A DNA stretch of 64,000 nt from Trypanosoma brucei (lineage: Eukaryota), in NCBI GenBank assembly GCA_000002445.1, contig CP000070.1, forward strand, positions 832,001 to 896,000. Reading direction: 5' to 3'. Below, one piece after another: positions 41,066 to 51,774 of the stretch. The position numbers and the translations under genes are program-made. The notes below the pieces were generated by a model that was not told the origin of the DNA, made no database searches, and worked only from the letters and a program-made list of their open reading frames with translations. Within the stretch, counting starts at the first letter, position 1. The number at the start of each line of letters is the position of its first letter.

Positions 41066-42847
41066 TCACATCTCGGATGGATGGTGCGTGACGAACACGT
41101 GCAGTGGGTCAAAGTCCTCGAGCAAGGGATTAAACCCACTTCGCGTAGTGAAGATAGATGTTTTATCACCCCCGAATGTTTTCCAAAACTGAGGGTGCGA
41201 CATGCTTGAAACCTCTTTATATGCACCGCATATATTGCGGTACACCGCCTTAAGAAGGTCGAAATCTGTAGGAAAGCAAATGTCGATCATTCCTGCGTTG
41301 CCATGCAGGGAATCCGCAGGACGACGGAGGTAAATGTCCTTGGCAATACGCGTCTTGCTTTGCAGCACCGGTCCATTCACGCCTGGGAGGCCTTGACGCA
41401 CCGACCCCCAATCTACAAGGAAAAGATGATGACGGGGAAAATACGTTGCACAGGTCTCAAGGAAGAGCATCGAGACTGTTGGCAGCCACAAGGTGCGGAA
41501 CGGGCTGTGCATCCACATCATCTTTGTAATAACTACCCGCAGAGGGTCGTACATGTTTGGCTCGATGCTCGTAAAGGGAGGTGGATCGATGTTGTCACGT
41601 CCACCGGTGAGGCACAGTACCTTGAGGCTATGAAACGACTCCTCCTGCATCCAGCGTGCATAGCGCAAGTAGCGAAGTATGACCGGATCCTTCACTGAAA
41701 AATACCTCTCGTGAGCAGTGGAAAGATTGTCATGTTGCTGGAAGTGAAACCATTGCTCATTACATACTCCATCGGCACTCAGCACGACACAATCGTGCGG
41801 CATACCAGAGAGTAACTCCACGCCGAACACGACGCAGCGCCTACGCTCCACTTCCCTCCAGTTCAAAATGGAGATGTTGTGAATTTTGACATGGTGGTAG
41901 TGCATAATAAGACGGTTACGAAGCACCTGCACGAGCTGAGGGTTTATTTCCACCACATGATACTCACACTGTTCGTACACAGAAGGGAAGTGCTCGCTCA
42001 GGTAGTCCAGAACACTAACAGCAAGTGCCCCTGAGCCCGCCCCAATATCGTACACAACCAGCGGGTCCCGAGGATCGAACTTCGCTCTCATCATGGTTAC
42101 CAGGTACTCTGCAATCACCCAACCGTAGTGTGGTTGAAAGAGTTGGGTGGGTGTGACACATGAGGGTGTAGAATCGTGAATCTTCCCCACGTAGCGCTCA
42201 TAGTCCTGCTGGTTGCGCAGGCTACCAAACGGAATGGGGTCAAAGTAGCCGGTGGTCATGAGTTGGCGGTATTTGCGATACAGTTTTGGGTAGTATCCCC
42301 ATTTCTTATGATACAAGGCAAAATGAATGAAGTCTCGCATAATCAACTCCGTTCCAAGTGACTCGTGGTCGGCGACAGCCCCACCTTCAAAAACAAGAAG
42401 GTCCTCGAATAGTTTTTTTTGTCGCGTCACTCGTCGCTCCTCCTCCTCAGCTGCAAGCTCGTGAAGGCGTGATTCTGACACAGCCTCATTACACGATGAC
42501 AATATGTAAGGCATCCCACTACCTACCGATGGAAGCACCGGGGTCGAGCTCATAGCAGCAGCATGGGGCCCCACGACGGCACCTGATGCAGTAGTCATAC
42601 TGCAATCAACAATGTTGCCCTGCGAGACACAAGAAGGGGCGCCATCGCAGCTATTATTACCATCATTTCCCTGATTGCTGTAATGCGGGGGCAGGAGAGC
42701 GGCGCTGCCGTCGCCTGGCGTACTGAAGGGACTGCGGCTTCCGGCAGCACCAGCAGCGGGAAAGGAATACCATCGTCTCCCCGGGGATGATGGGATGGAG
42801 CGGGGCGAAACCCGAAGGGTACGCCCACCGAGTGGGAAGTACCTCAT
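41066..42847 (-). CDS. Putative SAM-dependent methyltransferase, NDUFAF7/MidA (Methyltransf_28/DUF185)-like, with N-terminal presequence-like extension (593 aa)
   Basis: ATG at 42845-42847 checked. 'VVYDIGAGSGALAVSVLDYL' (DxGxGxG SAM-binding loop) followed by 'YHVVEINPQLVQVLRNRL', resembling the NDUFAF7 'hlVEiSp.L...Q' motif. N-terminus 'MRYFPLGGRTLRVSPRSIPSSPGRRW' is Arg/Ser-rich. Confidence 0.65.
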   Translation of the reverse strand: MRYFPLGGRTLRVSPRSIPSSPGRRWYSFPAAGAAGSRSPFSTPGDGSAALLPPHYSNQGNDGNNSCDGAPSCVSQGNIVDCSMTTASGAVVGPHAAAMSSTPVLPSVGSGMPYILSSCNEAVSESRLHELAAEEEERRVTRQKKLFEDLLVFEGGAVADHESLGTELIMRDFIHFALYHKKWGYYPKLYRKYRQLMTTGYFDPIPFGSLRNQQDYERYVGKIHDSTPSCVTPTQLFQPHYGWVIAEYLVTMMRAKFDPRDPLVVYDIGAGSGALAVSVLDYLSEHFPSVYEQCEYHVVEINPQLVQVLRNRLIMHYHHVKIHNISILNWREVERRRCVVFGVELLSGMPHDCVVLSADGVCNEQWFHFQQHDNLSTAHERYFSVKDPVILRYLRYARWMQEESFHSLKVLCLTGGRDNIDPPPFTSIEPNMYDPLRVVITKMMWMHSPFRTLWLPTVSMLFLETCATYFPRHHLFLVDWGSVRQGLPGVNGPVLQSKTRIAKDIYLRRPADSLHGNAGMIDICFPTDFDLLKAVYRNICGAYKEVSSMSHPQFWKTFGGDKTSIFTTRSGFNPLLEDFDPLHVFVTHHPSEM

Positions 42848-43280
42848 CTGAGTTGAGCGAATCCACAGAAGAAAAAAAATGGAGGAAGCAAATTAAAGAA
42901 ATACGAAAACAAAATAAGAAAGAGCAGGAAAAGTGAAAAAATATTAGAGTCGCGAGCACGCACCTTCATACACAAATATACATGCATGTACAGGGACGTA
43001 AATTGCTCAAAGGGTTCCTCTCTCAAATCGTGCAGCAACACGCAAAAACAGAGTAAAAGGAAAGAAACAAAGACGCAGCGGCACCGCAGCAACACTCGCT
43101 AAATACGGTTTTCAACGCCGAAAAACAGAAAAACAAGAGCAAACATAAAGCATTACGTATGTATATACACGCATGGTCTGCGCGAGAAAATGCACATACC
43201 TTGGTTATGCCGCCTCAATTGGATGGCCCCATACGCATGAACACGAGACCACATAACAACTCGCAGTGGTACACGAATGT

Positions 43281-44354
43281 TCAAGCAATAGGTTCGTTAT
43301 CATGTGTTTCTCTCTCTAACCGCACACCGCCTTTATGGTCACTTGTAGTTTCCCGTATCTCGCATGTCTCCCCCGGCTGGCTTGTGTCTCTACTCGGGTA
43401 GGCACCATCAGTCGCATTGTCCCCAAGGTTGTGGACCCCGATATCGGGAACGGCACCACTACTTCCTGCCGGATTCTTTTTATATCGGCGAAAGTCACGA
43501 CGCTTCTGGATTGCTAAGCACCCGCATGGCCCTTTACTTCTATCCGTGGCGACGAGTGGCTTTGACTGCTTCGATAACTTTTCACGCCTTTTCGCACGTT
43601 TGCTCAGCACGTGTTCGTACGTGGTTCGGCGGGTTAAGCAGAGATTGATATGAAACACTATGAGATTTCCCAATGCGGCCAGTCCAGCAGCGGAGAGCGC
43701 AAGTGTGAGAAAAAGAAAAACCATGTACGTCACGTAGCTACTGACTCCAAAACGCTCCTTGAGGCGGTCACTGAAGTCCTGCTTGTGTATAAATGCATTA
43801 GAGATGACGTAAATGCCAACGCCGAACACAAGGGCGATAGAACACCATGCTGTGCCCATGAAGCAGCAGAACATGACATAATTCCCCTCCCCTACACACG
43901 TGTTCAGCCAACGACAGTGGTGGTCGAAGCCGGGGACACACTTGTCACACACACTGCAGTGTTTGCTGCCCAAAATAACAAAGCGTCTGCAAAAGACGCA
44001 AGGCTCAGTACCAGGCGGGGCGGCTTCCTGCACAAGTTCCTCTTGTGCATAGCGTGGAACGTCCGTGGCAAAGACAATTGGGTCCTCAATCCGACTACAG
44101 GAAAGCGCTAATTTCAGCGCCGCTGTAGTGAATGTTAAGAAGCCAGAAATGGGGGAAATTATGCAAACCAGCAAACTATCGAGCATCGGAACGTGCAGTG
44201 TGAAATGCAGCGTAGCAAGCGTGACAATGACAGACCAAGCTATTACCTGAAGGGCGTCTAAAGGACACTCAAACCCACTGCGCCGCGGCCGTACAGGGCC
44301 CCCATAAATGTCAATCCACTGCCCAACAGGAGGCTCACAGCAACAGCTGCACAT
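43281..44354 (-). CDS. DHHC-type zinc-finger palmitoyl acyltransferase (~357 aa, 4 predicted TM helices)
   Basis: 'CVFCRRFVILGSKHCSVCDKCVPGFDHHCRWLNTCVGEGNY' is a canonical DHHC cysteine-rich domain flanked by hydrophobic helices. The track start at 44468 is TTG; the first ATG is codon 39 ('MCSCCCEPP'). Confidence 0.8.
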   Translation of the reverse strand: MCSCCCEPPVGQWIDIYGGPVRPRRSGFECPLDALQVIAWSVIVTLATLHFTLHVPMLDSLLVCIISPISGFLTFTTAALKLALSCSRIEDPIVFATDVPRYAQEELVQEAAPPGTEPCVFCRRFVILGSKHCSVCDKCVPGFDHHCRWLNTCVGEGNYVMFCCFMGTAWCSIALVFGVGIYVISNAFIHKQDFSDRLKERFGVSSYVTYMVFLFLTLALSAAGLAALGNLIVFHINLCLTRRTTYEHVLSKRAKRREKLSKQSKPLVATDRSKGPCGCLAIQKRRDFRRYKKNPAGSSGAVPDIGVHNLGDNATDGAYPSRDTSQPGETCEIRETTSDHKGGVRLERETHDNEPIA

Positions 44355-45006
44355 TAAAAGATTACAAGGACACACCGAACTGTGAACCTTCCAATTTGTT
44401 GAAGGGAAACAAGAAGCAACAAACCAGCAGTAACAGTAGAAGATGCTACGGCAAATCCGCCCCCACAATAATTTACGTCTACTCCCCTCCGGTCCCGCTC
44501 CCTGCTGTTAAGTGTGCGTGTATGTTTGTGTCGCACTACAGCGTGTCCCCTTTTCCGATCCTGCTACTTTCTTCCACTCGTCCTCAAACAGTTCCTTAGG
44601 GTTTAGGTGTACCTCCCCTCACCTTATCCAACTAAACGTCGGGCAATCCAGAGGGACAGTGCTGAAGCAACGAGCAGATGCGGGGCCGATGCAATGGCAG
44701 CGCCACGTGTATCCCCCACCCTACTGGTCCTTAACCCCACCTCCCCACCGGCCCCTCCGTGTTATCAAAGAACTTTACTTCTTGCCGTTGTTTTTCCTCT
44801 TATTTCGCTCTCTGAGCAACTACTTTTTTTTTGCGCTTTCCGCTTTCCTCACTCTATTCCTCTCCCCCACCCCTTTCCCCAATGGAGCTTTTGATGCGTA
44901 CTTATGCGGGTGAAGAACCCACCGTATATGCGCACACACACAAACTGATGACACCGTGATGAGGAGCTGATGGTCAAAAATTGGCGATGAAGTCCCAACA
45001 GTAACA

Positions 45007-45032
45007 ATATATATATATATATATATATATAT
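45007..45032. repeat. (AT)13 microsatellite
   Basis: 'atatatatatatatatatatatatat' read directly in the intergenic region. Confidence 0.9.
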
Positions 45033-46018
45033 GTGGCAATGGAAACAATTAAAGACTGTTACCACACGATCAGTGCCCAGACCAAACGCCCTAGACACTG
45101 TCTTCACTCACCTGTGGAGTGTAAAACCAAGAGGCCTAAGGAAAGAAACAGCGACAGTAGAAACAAAAACAGAAGGGGGCGATGAAAGTAATGACAGACA
45201 TTTGTACAAGTTATTCCCCAACATTAAGGGCACATCGCTGCAAATAGGAGTGAACAATTTTGCGGAAACAGAACATGAAGAAACGGACAAACAATGTTAA
45301 ACAAGGGGGAAAGCAACAACCACCAGGAAGTTAGAAAAAAAATTCAGAAAAGATGAAGACAGAGGCTTCCCAAGACGCCATCAACGAATGGCAGACACTT
45401 CTCTCCCATGTAAATTACAAACATGAGTAGAACGTCGCACGGTTACAGTTGGGTGAGAATTGCGTGCGAACAAGGATGGGTGGTAACGGGAGGGAAGTTA
45501 GCGATGACGAATTGCACTCCACACAAAAATAAGCGGGAAAGAGAAAATTAAAACGCCGACAACCAAAGGCTAAGTGGTAGCTCACACTTACGAATGACCC
45601 CTTTGGGCCCCCCGGGCCAAGCATAACCCATCGAGACGGCAAGAACCATATAATGAAAAAAAAAGAAAACGTAACCGAAGAAAAAAGTCGATAACCCTAC
45701 TTCACACGCAGGAAATTCCAACTCGGTAAAGAGCACAGACACACACAAGCACCGGCCACCACTCCATTGTACCGCACGAAACCTTTGTGCCTTCACCGCA
45801 CCGAGCCACCCGCACACAACACAATTTGTTCATTCACCCCGTCACTCTCTAATGCTTACACATAGGCGGTTGAGTCCCCTCTCCACACCTGCTGCCAACA
45901 ATGTGCCTCCTACCCTGCACTTTGACAATCGATAGATTTTCCCCCACTTACACTCCCCCCTTCACCTGTGTTTGCATCAACTGCAGGATACGCATTACTA
46001 CCATCGAGTCGCTGTCCA

Positions 46019-47122
46019 TCACTTCTGGCGCTTGTAAGTCTTTCCCCACAGAGTTTCTACGCTGGCAGCAAATCCTGGTGAGCAAAGCCTCAGTTTCTCA
46101 ATAAGCTCCTTCACCTGCTCTGCCACCGCAGCCTCGTAGGCTACATAATCCTCCTGCAGATCCGCTTCCTCATAGAGCCGCCTCACTGTGGCCACCTTCT
46201 CCGAGTCTCCACTGCCGTAGTTTGCTTTGAACTCAGCAATCTGCGCACTGCTCGCTTTTGCGAGAAATGTTACGGCCAACCAAGAACACTTTGCATCCTG
46301 AATGTCAGTTCCAACTTTTCCTAGCCGCTCGGGTGGTGTAAAACAATCCATGACGTCGTCCTGCACCTGAAAGTATTCGCCCATAAGCATGGCCAACTCT
46401 TCCGTAACGCCCATGTCAACGGTGGGAAGAGCCTCACTAACAATAAGCCCCATAACTAGTGGTAGAAGGTAAGTGTAATAAGCTGTCTTGTACTTCACAA
46501 TCCGCTTGTAATTGGAAAGGGTGAACTCCGCGAAATCTGTCGTAGTGGGCTGCGATACGTCGGGATCGAGTTTGTTTGAGTCAAACATTGACGTCACATC
46601 GTATAACTGCCCGACAGCTGTGGTGTAATCCACTCTGTTGAAACGACAGAGCAAATCCTGCAAAAAAGGACGGTCTGCAAAGAAGTGCATCGCCATCATG
46701 TGAGTCCACGACTTCAATAGCAGACCGTCATTTATAGCACACTGCACCGTGACGCCTGGGTGACGGTACCAGCATGGCTTACCACGCCGCGTGACGCTGT
46801 TGTCCATAATGTCATCTTCCACCAAGTAATGGGCCTGAAGGAACTCAATCATCCAACCACAAACACACGCATCGTGTAGAACACGTTTCCGCCTTGCCCC
46901 ATCGTCTTTTTCACCGTTGTTGTTTGGGCTTAGGGAAAGAAGGGACTCGGCCACATCGATCACCGTCAGGCCACGGTTGTATTTGCCGCCCAAGCATGTG
47001 GTGTCCATCATTTTCCGGAGGTATCTGACTCGATTCGGATCCATGTCGAACTTAAGTTTCAGTTCTTCGAGCAGAAACATCTGAATCTCATCATATACCT
47101 GCATAAACATTTGCATTACCAT
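46019..47122 (-). CDS. FPPS: Farnesyl pyrophosphate synthase (367 aa)
   Basis: First aspartate-rich motif 'LVEDDIMDNSVTRRGKPCWY' and second 'GEYFQVQDDVMDCF'. ATG at 47120-47122 checked ('MVMQMFMQVYDEIQMF'). The 367-aa length and sequence match my recollection of T. brucei FPPS. Confidence 0.95.
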   Translation of the reverse strand: MVMQMFMQVYDEIQMFLLEELKLKFDMDPNRVRYLRKMMDTTCLGGKYNRGLTVIDVAESLLSLSPNNNGEKDDGARRKRVLHDACVCGWMIEFLQAHYLVEDDIMDNSVTRRGKPCWYRHPGVTVQCAINDGLLLKSWTHMMAMHFFADRPFLQDLLCRFNRVDYTTAVGQLYDVTSMFDSNKLDPDVSQPTTTDFAEFTLSNYKRIVKYKTAYYTYLLPLVMGLIVSEALPTVDMGVTEELAMLMGEYFQVQDDVMDCFTPPERLGKVGTDIQDAKCSWLAVTFLAKASSAQIAEFKANYGSGDSEKVATVRRLYEEADLQEDYVAYEAAVAEQVKELIEKLRLCSPGFAASVETLWGKTYKRQK

Positions 47123-47959
47123 TATACTTTCGCTGTGTGCGGTGATACCGCCTCTTGCTACTGTAGTTAAGTTTTTTTTCCTTCTGAAACAGAAGAGATA
47201 AATATTTTACAACAAGGAAAACTGTGCACTCAACACCACATCGAGAACACAAACATGTCTGGGGATAACCGCAACGCCTTTCTATCCCCGACTAAAAGAA
47301 GGAAAGCGTTAGGCACGTCAATATGCGGAGAGGGGGCACATGTCGACAAAGCAAGCGGTAAAATAATTCTTTAGCTGATAAGTAGAGAGTTTCTTATCTG
47401 TAAGCAATATGTTGCACTTCCGGCAAAACTCAAACAGATGCATATACATGGTTATACAGTCACAAGCAAAGACGTATATATACGTGTATGTCTGAGCAAT
47501 GAAACAGGTATCAAACTCAAGCACGCAATCGTAACCGCGCATGGACCGCAGAGTTTATCGGCGCGCCTAATACCACCTCCTCACCCCTTCATTCGTACAG
47601 GTAACAGCCACTTACATGCAGCACACATGGATCGGAGAAAAACAGTGCCGCGAGGGTGGCCATTGAAATGCGTCACACTGCACCGATTGGTACCTCAAAA
47701 GACAATGGCACGTCAGACAGCAACGCCTTGTGGGTTGACACACAAAAATGCTTACCCCTATCACTAGTACCCACACGCACGCAGCCCCAAACATACTCCA
47801 TTCTACGTTTCTCTATAAGTACGGCGTGTCCTCCTACTCCCAATGAACACTCATATTTTGAATGCGGAGCACCGTTTAGCCGAAACATTTGCCCTCTCTT
47901 GCCTTTCCTTTCCCAAACTCATATATTTGTTTCCTCATCTCGTCACTTTCCCTGTAGAG

Positions 47960-49750
47960 TCAGCGGTCACCAACCATCAGGACCGCACCTCCGCCCACGG
48001 AGGTGCCACGCGCCTGCTCTGTTTCTTTTAGAAGTATATTAATCTCATCCACAAGACGCAAGCACTCTGTCTTCAATCCAACGAAGTAGCTCTCCCTCCC
48101 CTTCAAACGAACAAATTCTTCGAGTGTGAAAGAGGACTGACGCAGTTGCCGCAGGCGTCCCTCAAGTGTGGACATGGACCGGTACGAAGTGTCTTCATTC
48201 AACTGCTTGCGCAAAGTGTCGACTGTTCCACTAAGCACATTTAGTTGCTGCTTGCTTGAGTCACGCAGCTTTATCAAGAATGTTCTTTCATTGAGAAGTT
48301 CCGTGCGGCGGGCGTCCACGTTGCGGCGCAATCCGTCCATGTCACCGTATTTGATCATCTCTTGTGACTGCTCTTCCATCTTAAGAGCGTGTGCCTGCAG
48401 CTCCGCCTTGATCTTTGTGTCCAAGTTCTCCACCTTCTCAAGTTCAACCTTGCGGTCCATCAACTCCCTCTCAAGTCGCTGGTGTGTCATTGTGTCGTGC
48501 TCAATCTGGTTTCGCTTTGCGTCTACCTCACTTTCTAGCGCTTGAAGGGCGTTTGGTGACCCTTCTTGTGGCATTTGCTTCTTGAGTTCTAAAGCTTGAG
48601 AGATTCGCTCAAGCAGTGTCGCGATGTTCCTCTGCACCTCGGTAATTTTGTCCATCTCCTCCTTCAACTTAGCAGGAAACGAGTCCATGAAGCTTTGCAG
48701 TTCGCGGTCCTTTTCCTGTAGCTCCTGGAATGCCTTAATGTTATCCCCACTGTAACTCTTCAACTCTTCATCCAGGGAGGCGCAGCGGTTCTTTGATTCG
48801 CTAAGAGCATCGCGCGTCTCATTCACCTGACGTTCAAGGACCTCAATGTCCCCACGGGCCGTCTTCACCTGTTTGATCAAAAGTTGTCGCTCCTCCTCCA
48901 CAGAAAGCGCACACTGTTTGGTTAACTCCTCCTTCAACTGACGCTTAGATAAAATACCACGAAGCACCTCAGCCGCTCGCTTCTTGTCGGGATCCGTCGA
49001 AAGCTTCGTCATCAGTAACTCCTGCTTCGCCGTTAGCATGCGTATTTGGTGCTGGTGGGAAAGAACAGCGTCTGACACATTGAACGCTTCGTCACGCGTT
49101 GCCTTGTATAAGCCGAAGTCCTGATTCTCCGCAAGAATACGACGGTCCAAGTTTTGCATTTCTTCTTCCAATGTTTGGGTATTCTTTTTCGTCAGCGCCT
49201 CCATTTCTTTGGCATTGAGAAAGAGCTGATCCACTTGTTTACGCTTTTCCCCATTCACCTGGTTTAGCTTTGTTGCTTGGTCCTTCACGCTGCTGGGGTC
49301 TTGTGTCGTGCTCTTCTCCAAAGCTAAATTAATATCAGCGAGAGTCCCCTTCAACTTTGCCGCCTCATCCGTCAGGGCCTTGTTCCGCTGCTGCAGTTGC
49401 GTGAGAACAGAGCCTCCTTTGACGATTAGTTCCTCTTGTTCGTTGAGACGCTCAATCTCCGTTGTTAGCTCCGTGATTTTCGGTCGCAGTAAGCCAATAT
49501 AGTAACTGCGATCACCCACCTGGCGGCCTGGTCCTGCGTTACCGGACCGTGTGGCTGCACGCATCCCCTCTAGTGTCACCGGGGCCTGTGCACTCACCGA
49601 AACGGCTTGTTGCAAGCTCTCACCCATACCGGCAACGCGGGCACCCCGCATTTGCGATCCAGGCCTCATCTGCGATCCGGGGCGCATCTGCGATCCCGGC
49701 CTCAACCCACTCGTCTGGTTGAAATTAGTCCGACCAAATCCCCCCTGCAT
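47960..49750 (-). CDS. IFT74: Intraflagellar transport protein IFT74/72-like coiled-coil protein (596 aa)
   Basis: ATG at 49748-49750 checked. Basic N-terminus with '(RPGSQM)x3' and 'RPGT/S'-type repeats, then ~500 aa of continuous coiled coil, as in IFT74. Confidence 0.7.
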   Translation of the reverse strand: MQGGFGRTNFNQTSGLRPGSQMRPGSQMRPGSQMRGARVAGMGESLQQAVSVSAQAPVTLEGMRAATRSGNAGPGRQVGDRSYYIGLLRPKITELTTEIERLNEQEELIVKGGSVLTQLQQRNKALTDEAAKLKGTLADINLALEKSTTQDPSSVKDQATKLNQVNGEKRKQVDQLFLNAKEMEALTKKNTQTLEEEMQNLDRRILAENQDFGLYKATRDEAFNVSDAVLSHQHQIRMLTAKQELLMTKLSTDPDKKRAAEVLRGILSKRQLKEELTKQCALSVEEERQLLIKQVKTARGDIEVLERQVNETRDALSESKNRCASLDEELKSYSGDNIKAFQELQEKDRELQSFMDSFPAKLKEEMDKITEVQRNIATLLERISQALELKKQMPQEGSPNALQALESEVDAKRNQIEHDTMTHQRLERELMDRKVELEKVENLDTKIKAELQAHALKMEEQSQEMIKYGDMDGLRRNVDARRTELLNERTFLIKLRDSSKQQLNVLSGTVDTLRKQLNEDTSYRSMSTLEGRLRQLRQSSFTLEEFVRLKGRESYFVGLKTECLRLVDEINILLKETEQARGTSVGGGAVLMVGDR

Positions 49751-50630
49751 CTTTGGGAAGTATTGTATTCCGGTGCAGCAAAAGTGACTCCGGTACTCAA
49801 GCTCTTCCGTTCCTATTCAAATTGTATTCTCTTCGTCTAGGCGATGTCCAGCTCCGCTTTCCCCTCCTTTTACCAGCGATACTAAACTGTTATTCGCTTT
49901 TTATTCCCTGAAATCCCTGGCGGATCCTTCACGTGTTGTATCGTGCCCACAGCGCAAAAGAGTCGAATGAAATGACAAGAGGACTTGTGAAAAAAAAAAA
50001 AGAATGCGCCAAGCTGCTTAACCAATAGTGAAGCGGCTGCCAGTCACTCCCTTTGTCTCCCAAGCCACTAAAGCACCACGGGTTTGTGAAATAAGGGGGA
50101 CACGACATGATGTATATATGTATATATACGTACACATGAAAATTATTAGTGACCACTGAAAATGTTGCTATCTCACCCAGCAGTATTTACCATCAGGGTA
50201 TCTCCTCACTCGTATCAGTAAGGATTAGAAAAAAAAAAATGGCACACAACATGCTTACTCGGTAGAGGAAGGAAGGTAGAATTACGGATAGAGGGCAGAA
50301 ATAATAGTCAACAAACCTTCAGGCATCAAAGTCGCGGCCCACAATTACTGCTTCTGATTTCTCTTTTTTAAAACGTTGCCGCTGATTGTGTGAGTGTGTG
50401 TTACCTTTATTCGCGCGCTTCAGAGCGCTACCCCACTTTAAAATAACACACAACAGAGGACGCACGGCGGCCAGGAAACTATGCCTTACCTGTCTGTCGA
50501 CGCATTTTCCGCTCCCGCAAGTACAAGAGAAATACACAACAGCGGAACTGTCGAAATCACCACTTAGTACTGCTCCCACTTCACTTTCTTTTGGAGGCTC
50601 TGCTCTCTGTGCAAACTTCGGACTTATCAC

Positions 50631-51461
50631 TCACCAATCCAAATCAGCCGTGCGGACCCGCTTAGAAACGGGCTCTTGCTCCACCTCTTCCTCAATTACA
50701 AGCCGCTGCCGCCGTGTTCCACGACCACTACGGTGCACCACCGAAGAATCACCCCTTTTGCCTATTTTTCTATTGCTTTCCTCCATTTCTTCTTCCTCAT
50801 CCAACTCATCGTCCATCACAAACTCGGGGAACTCCTCATCCTCCTCATCTTCTAACGCTTCGAACTCAGTGCGGTCCTCCTCACGATCGAGTACCCGCTC
50901 AAATGCCTCAAGACTGCAATTGATCACGCTGTCATATGTCCCACTTCGCAACCGCTCCAACAGCTCCTTCTCCACTTCCAGTTCCAACCGTGCCGCAGCT
51001 TCTGCCTTTGCCTCGCGACGGATCAACTTATCCTCCTGGCGCTTGTTTACGGAAACGTACTCCACCTTTGGCTCTAACAACATCTTTCGGCGCCGCATCA
51101 AATACTGCTTAAGTCGCAGCAGCCGGGCCTTGACCTTGTTCACAAGCTTTTGGTCCCACCACTGTAGCTCTTCATCAATCTGAGCAAGCGCACGTGGAAA
51201 ATTAGCGTCAAGTCGGACTTTCTCCCATTGCCGCCGAGGCAGGTGCGCACGCTCCGCTGTCTTGACATAAAGGTAAAGCTCATCGTCATGTTCGACCACT
51301 GTGGCGTATTGTGCGTTTGAAAGGGGGCATACACCACGTTGGCAGAGACCTGTCACGTTGTACGGGTTGCGGCAGAAACGAGCCTTATCGTCGTGCGTCT
51401 TAACTTTAAATGAACAGAAAGTTTGCCCCATAACGTTCCACATCGCATCATCATGGTTCAT
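50631..51461 (-). CDS. MAK16: MAK16 / ribosomal L28e-domain nucleolar protein (276 aa)
   Basis: 'MNHDDAMWNVMGQTFCSFKVKTHDDKARFCRNPYNVTGLCQRGVCPLSNAQYATV...YLYVKTAERAHLPRRQWEKVRL' matches the conserved MAK16 N-domain, with an acidic C-terminal tail. The track start (51527) is TTG; ATG at 51459-51461 checked. Confidence 0.9.
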   Translation of the reverse strand: MNHDDAMWNVMGQTFCSFKVKTHDDKARFCRNPYNVTGLCQRGVCPLSNAQYATVVEHDDELYLYVKTAERAHLPRRQWEKVRLDANFPRALAQIDEELQWWDQKLVNKVKARLLRLKQYLMRRRKMLLEPKVEYVSVNKRQEDKLIRREAKAEAAARLELEVEKELLERLRSGTYDSVINCSLEAFERVLDREEDRTEFEALEDEEDEEFPEFVMDDELDEEEEMEESNRKIGKRGDSSVVHRSGRGTRRQRLVIEEEVEQEPVSKRVRTADLDW

Positions 51462-51774
51462 CGCTCCAGTGTACTGAACACACGCGTCGCTAGTGTGTGA
51501 AAAAAGCGGCCGTGTACTGGCAAGCAATGGGTGTATGCACGCTGTCCTACGTAGAACCTCTAAACGTAACCTTCGCGGAAGAGAGCCCTCAGATCAGCAA
51601 GGAGATGAGAATGGGCGGTTGTTTTCCTAACAAGATAAAGTGATGAAAAAGGGTGATAACAGTTGTCAACTATATGCTCAGACTGATGAAGCTAGAAAAA
51701 AAATTGATAGTAAAACCTGTCAAGGCACTTTCCTAGCCTCTAGATGGGGATAAGTCATTTGAATGATTCCCTTA

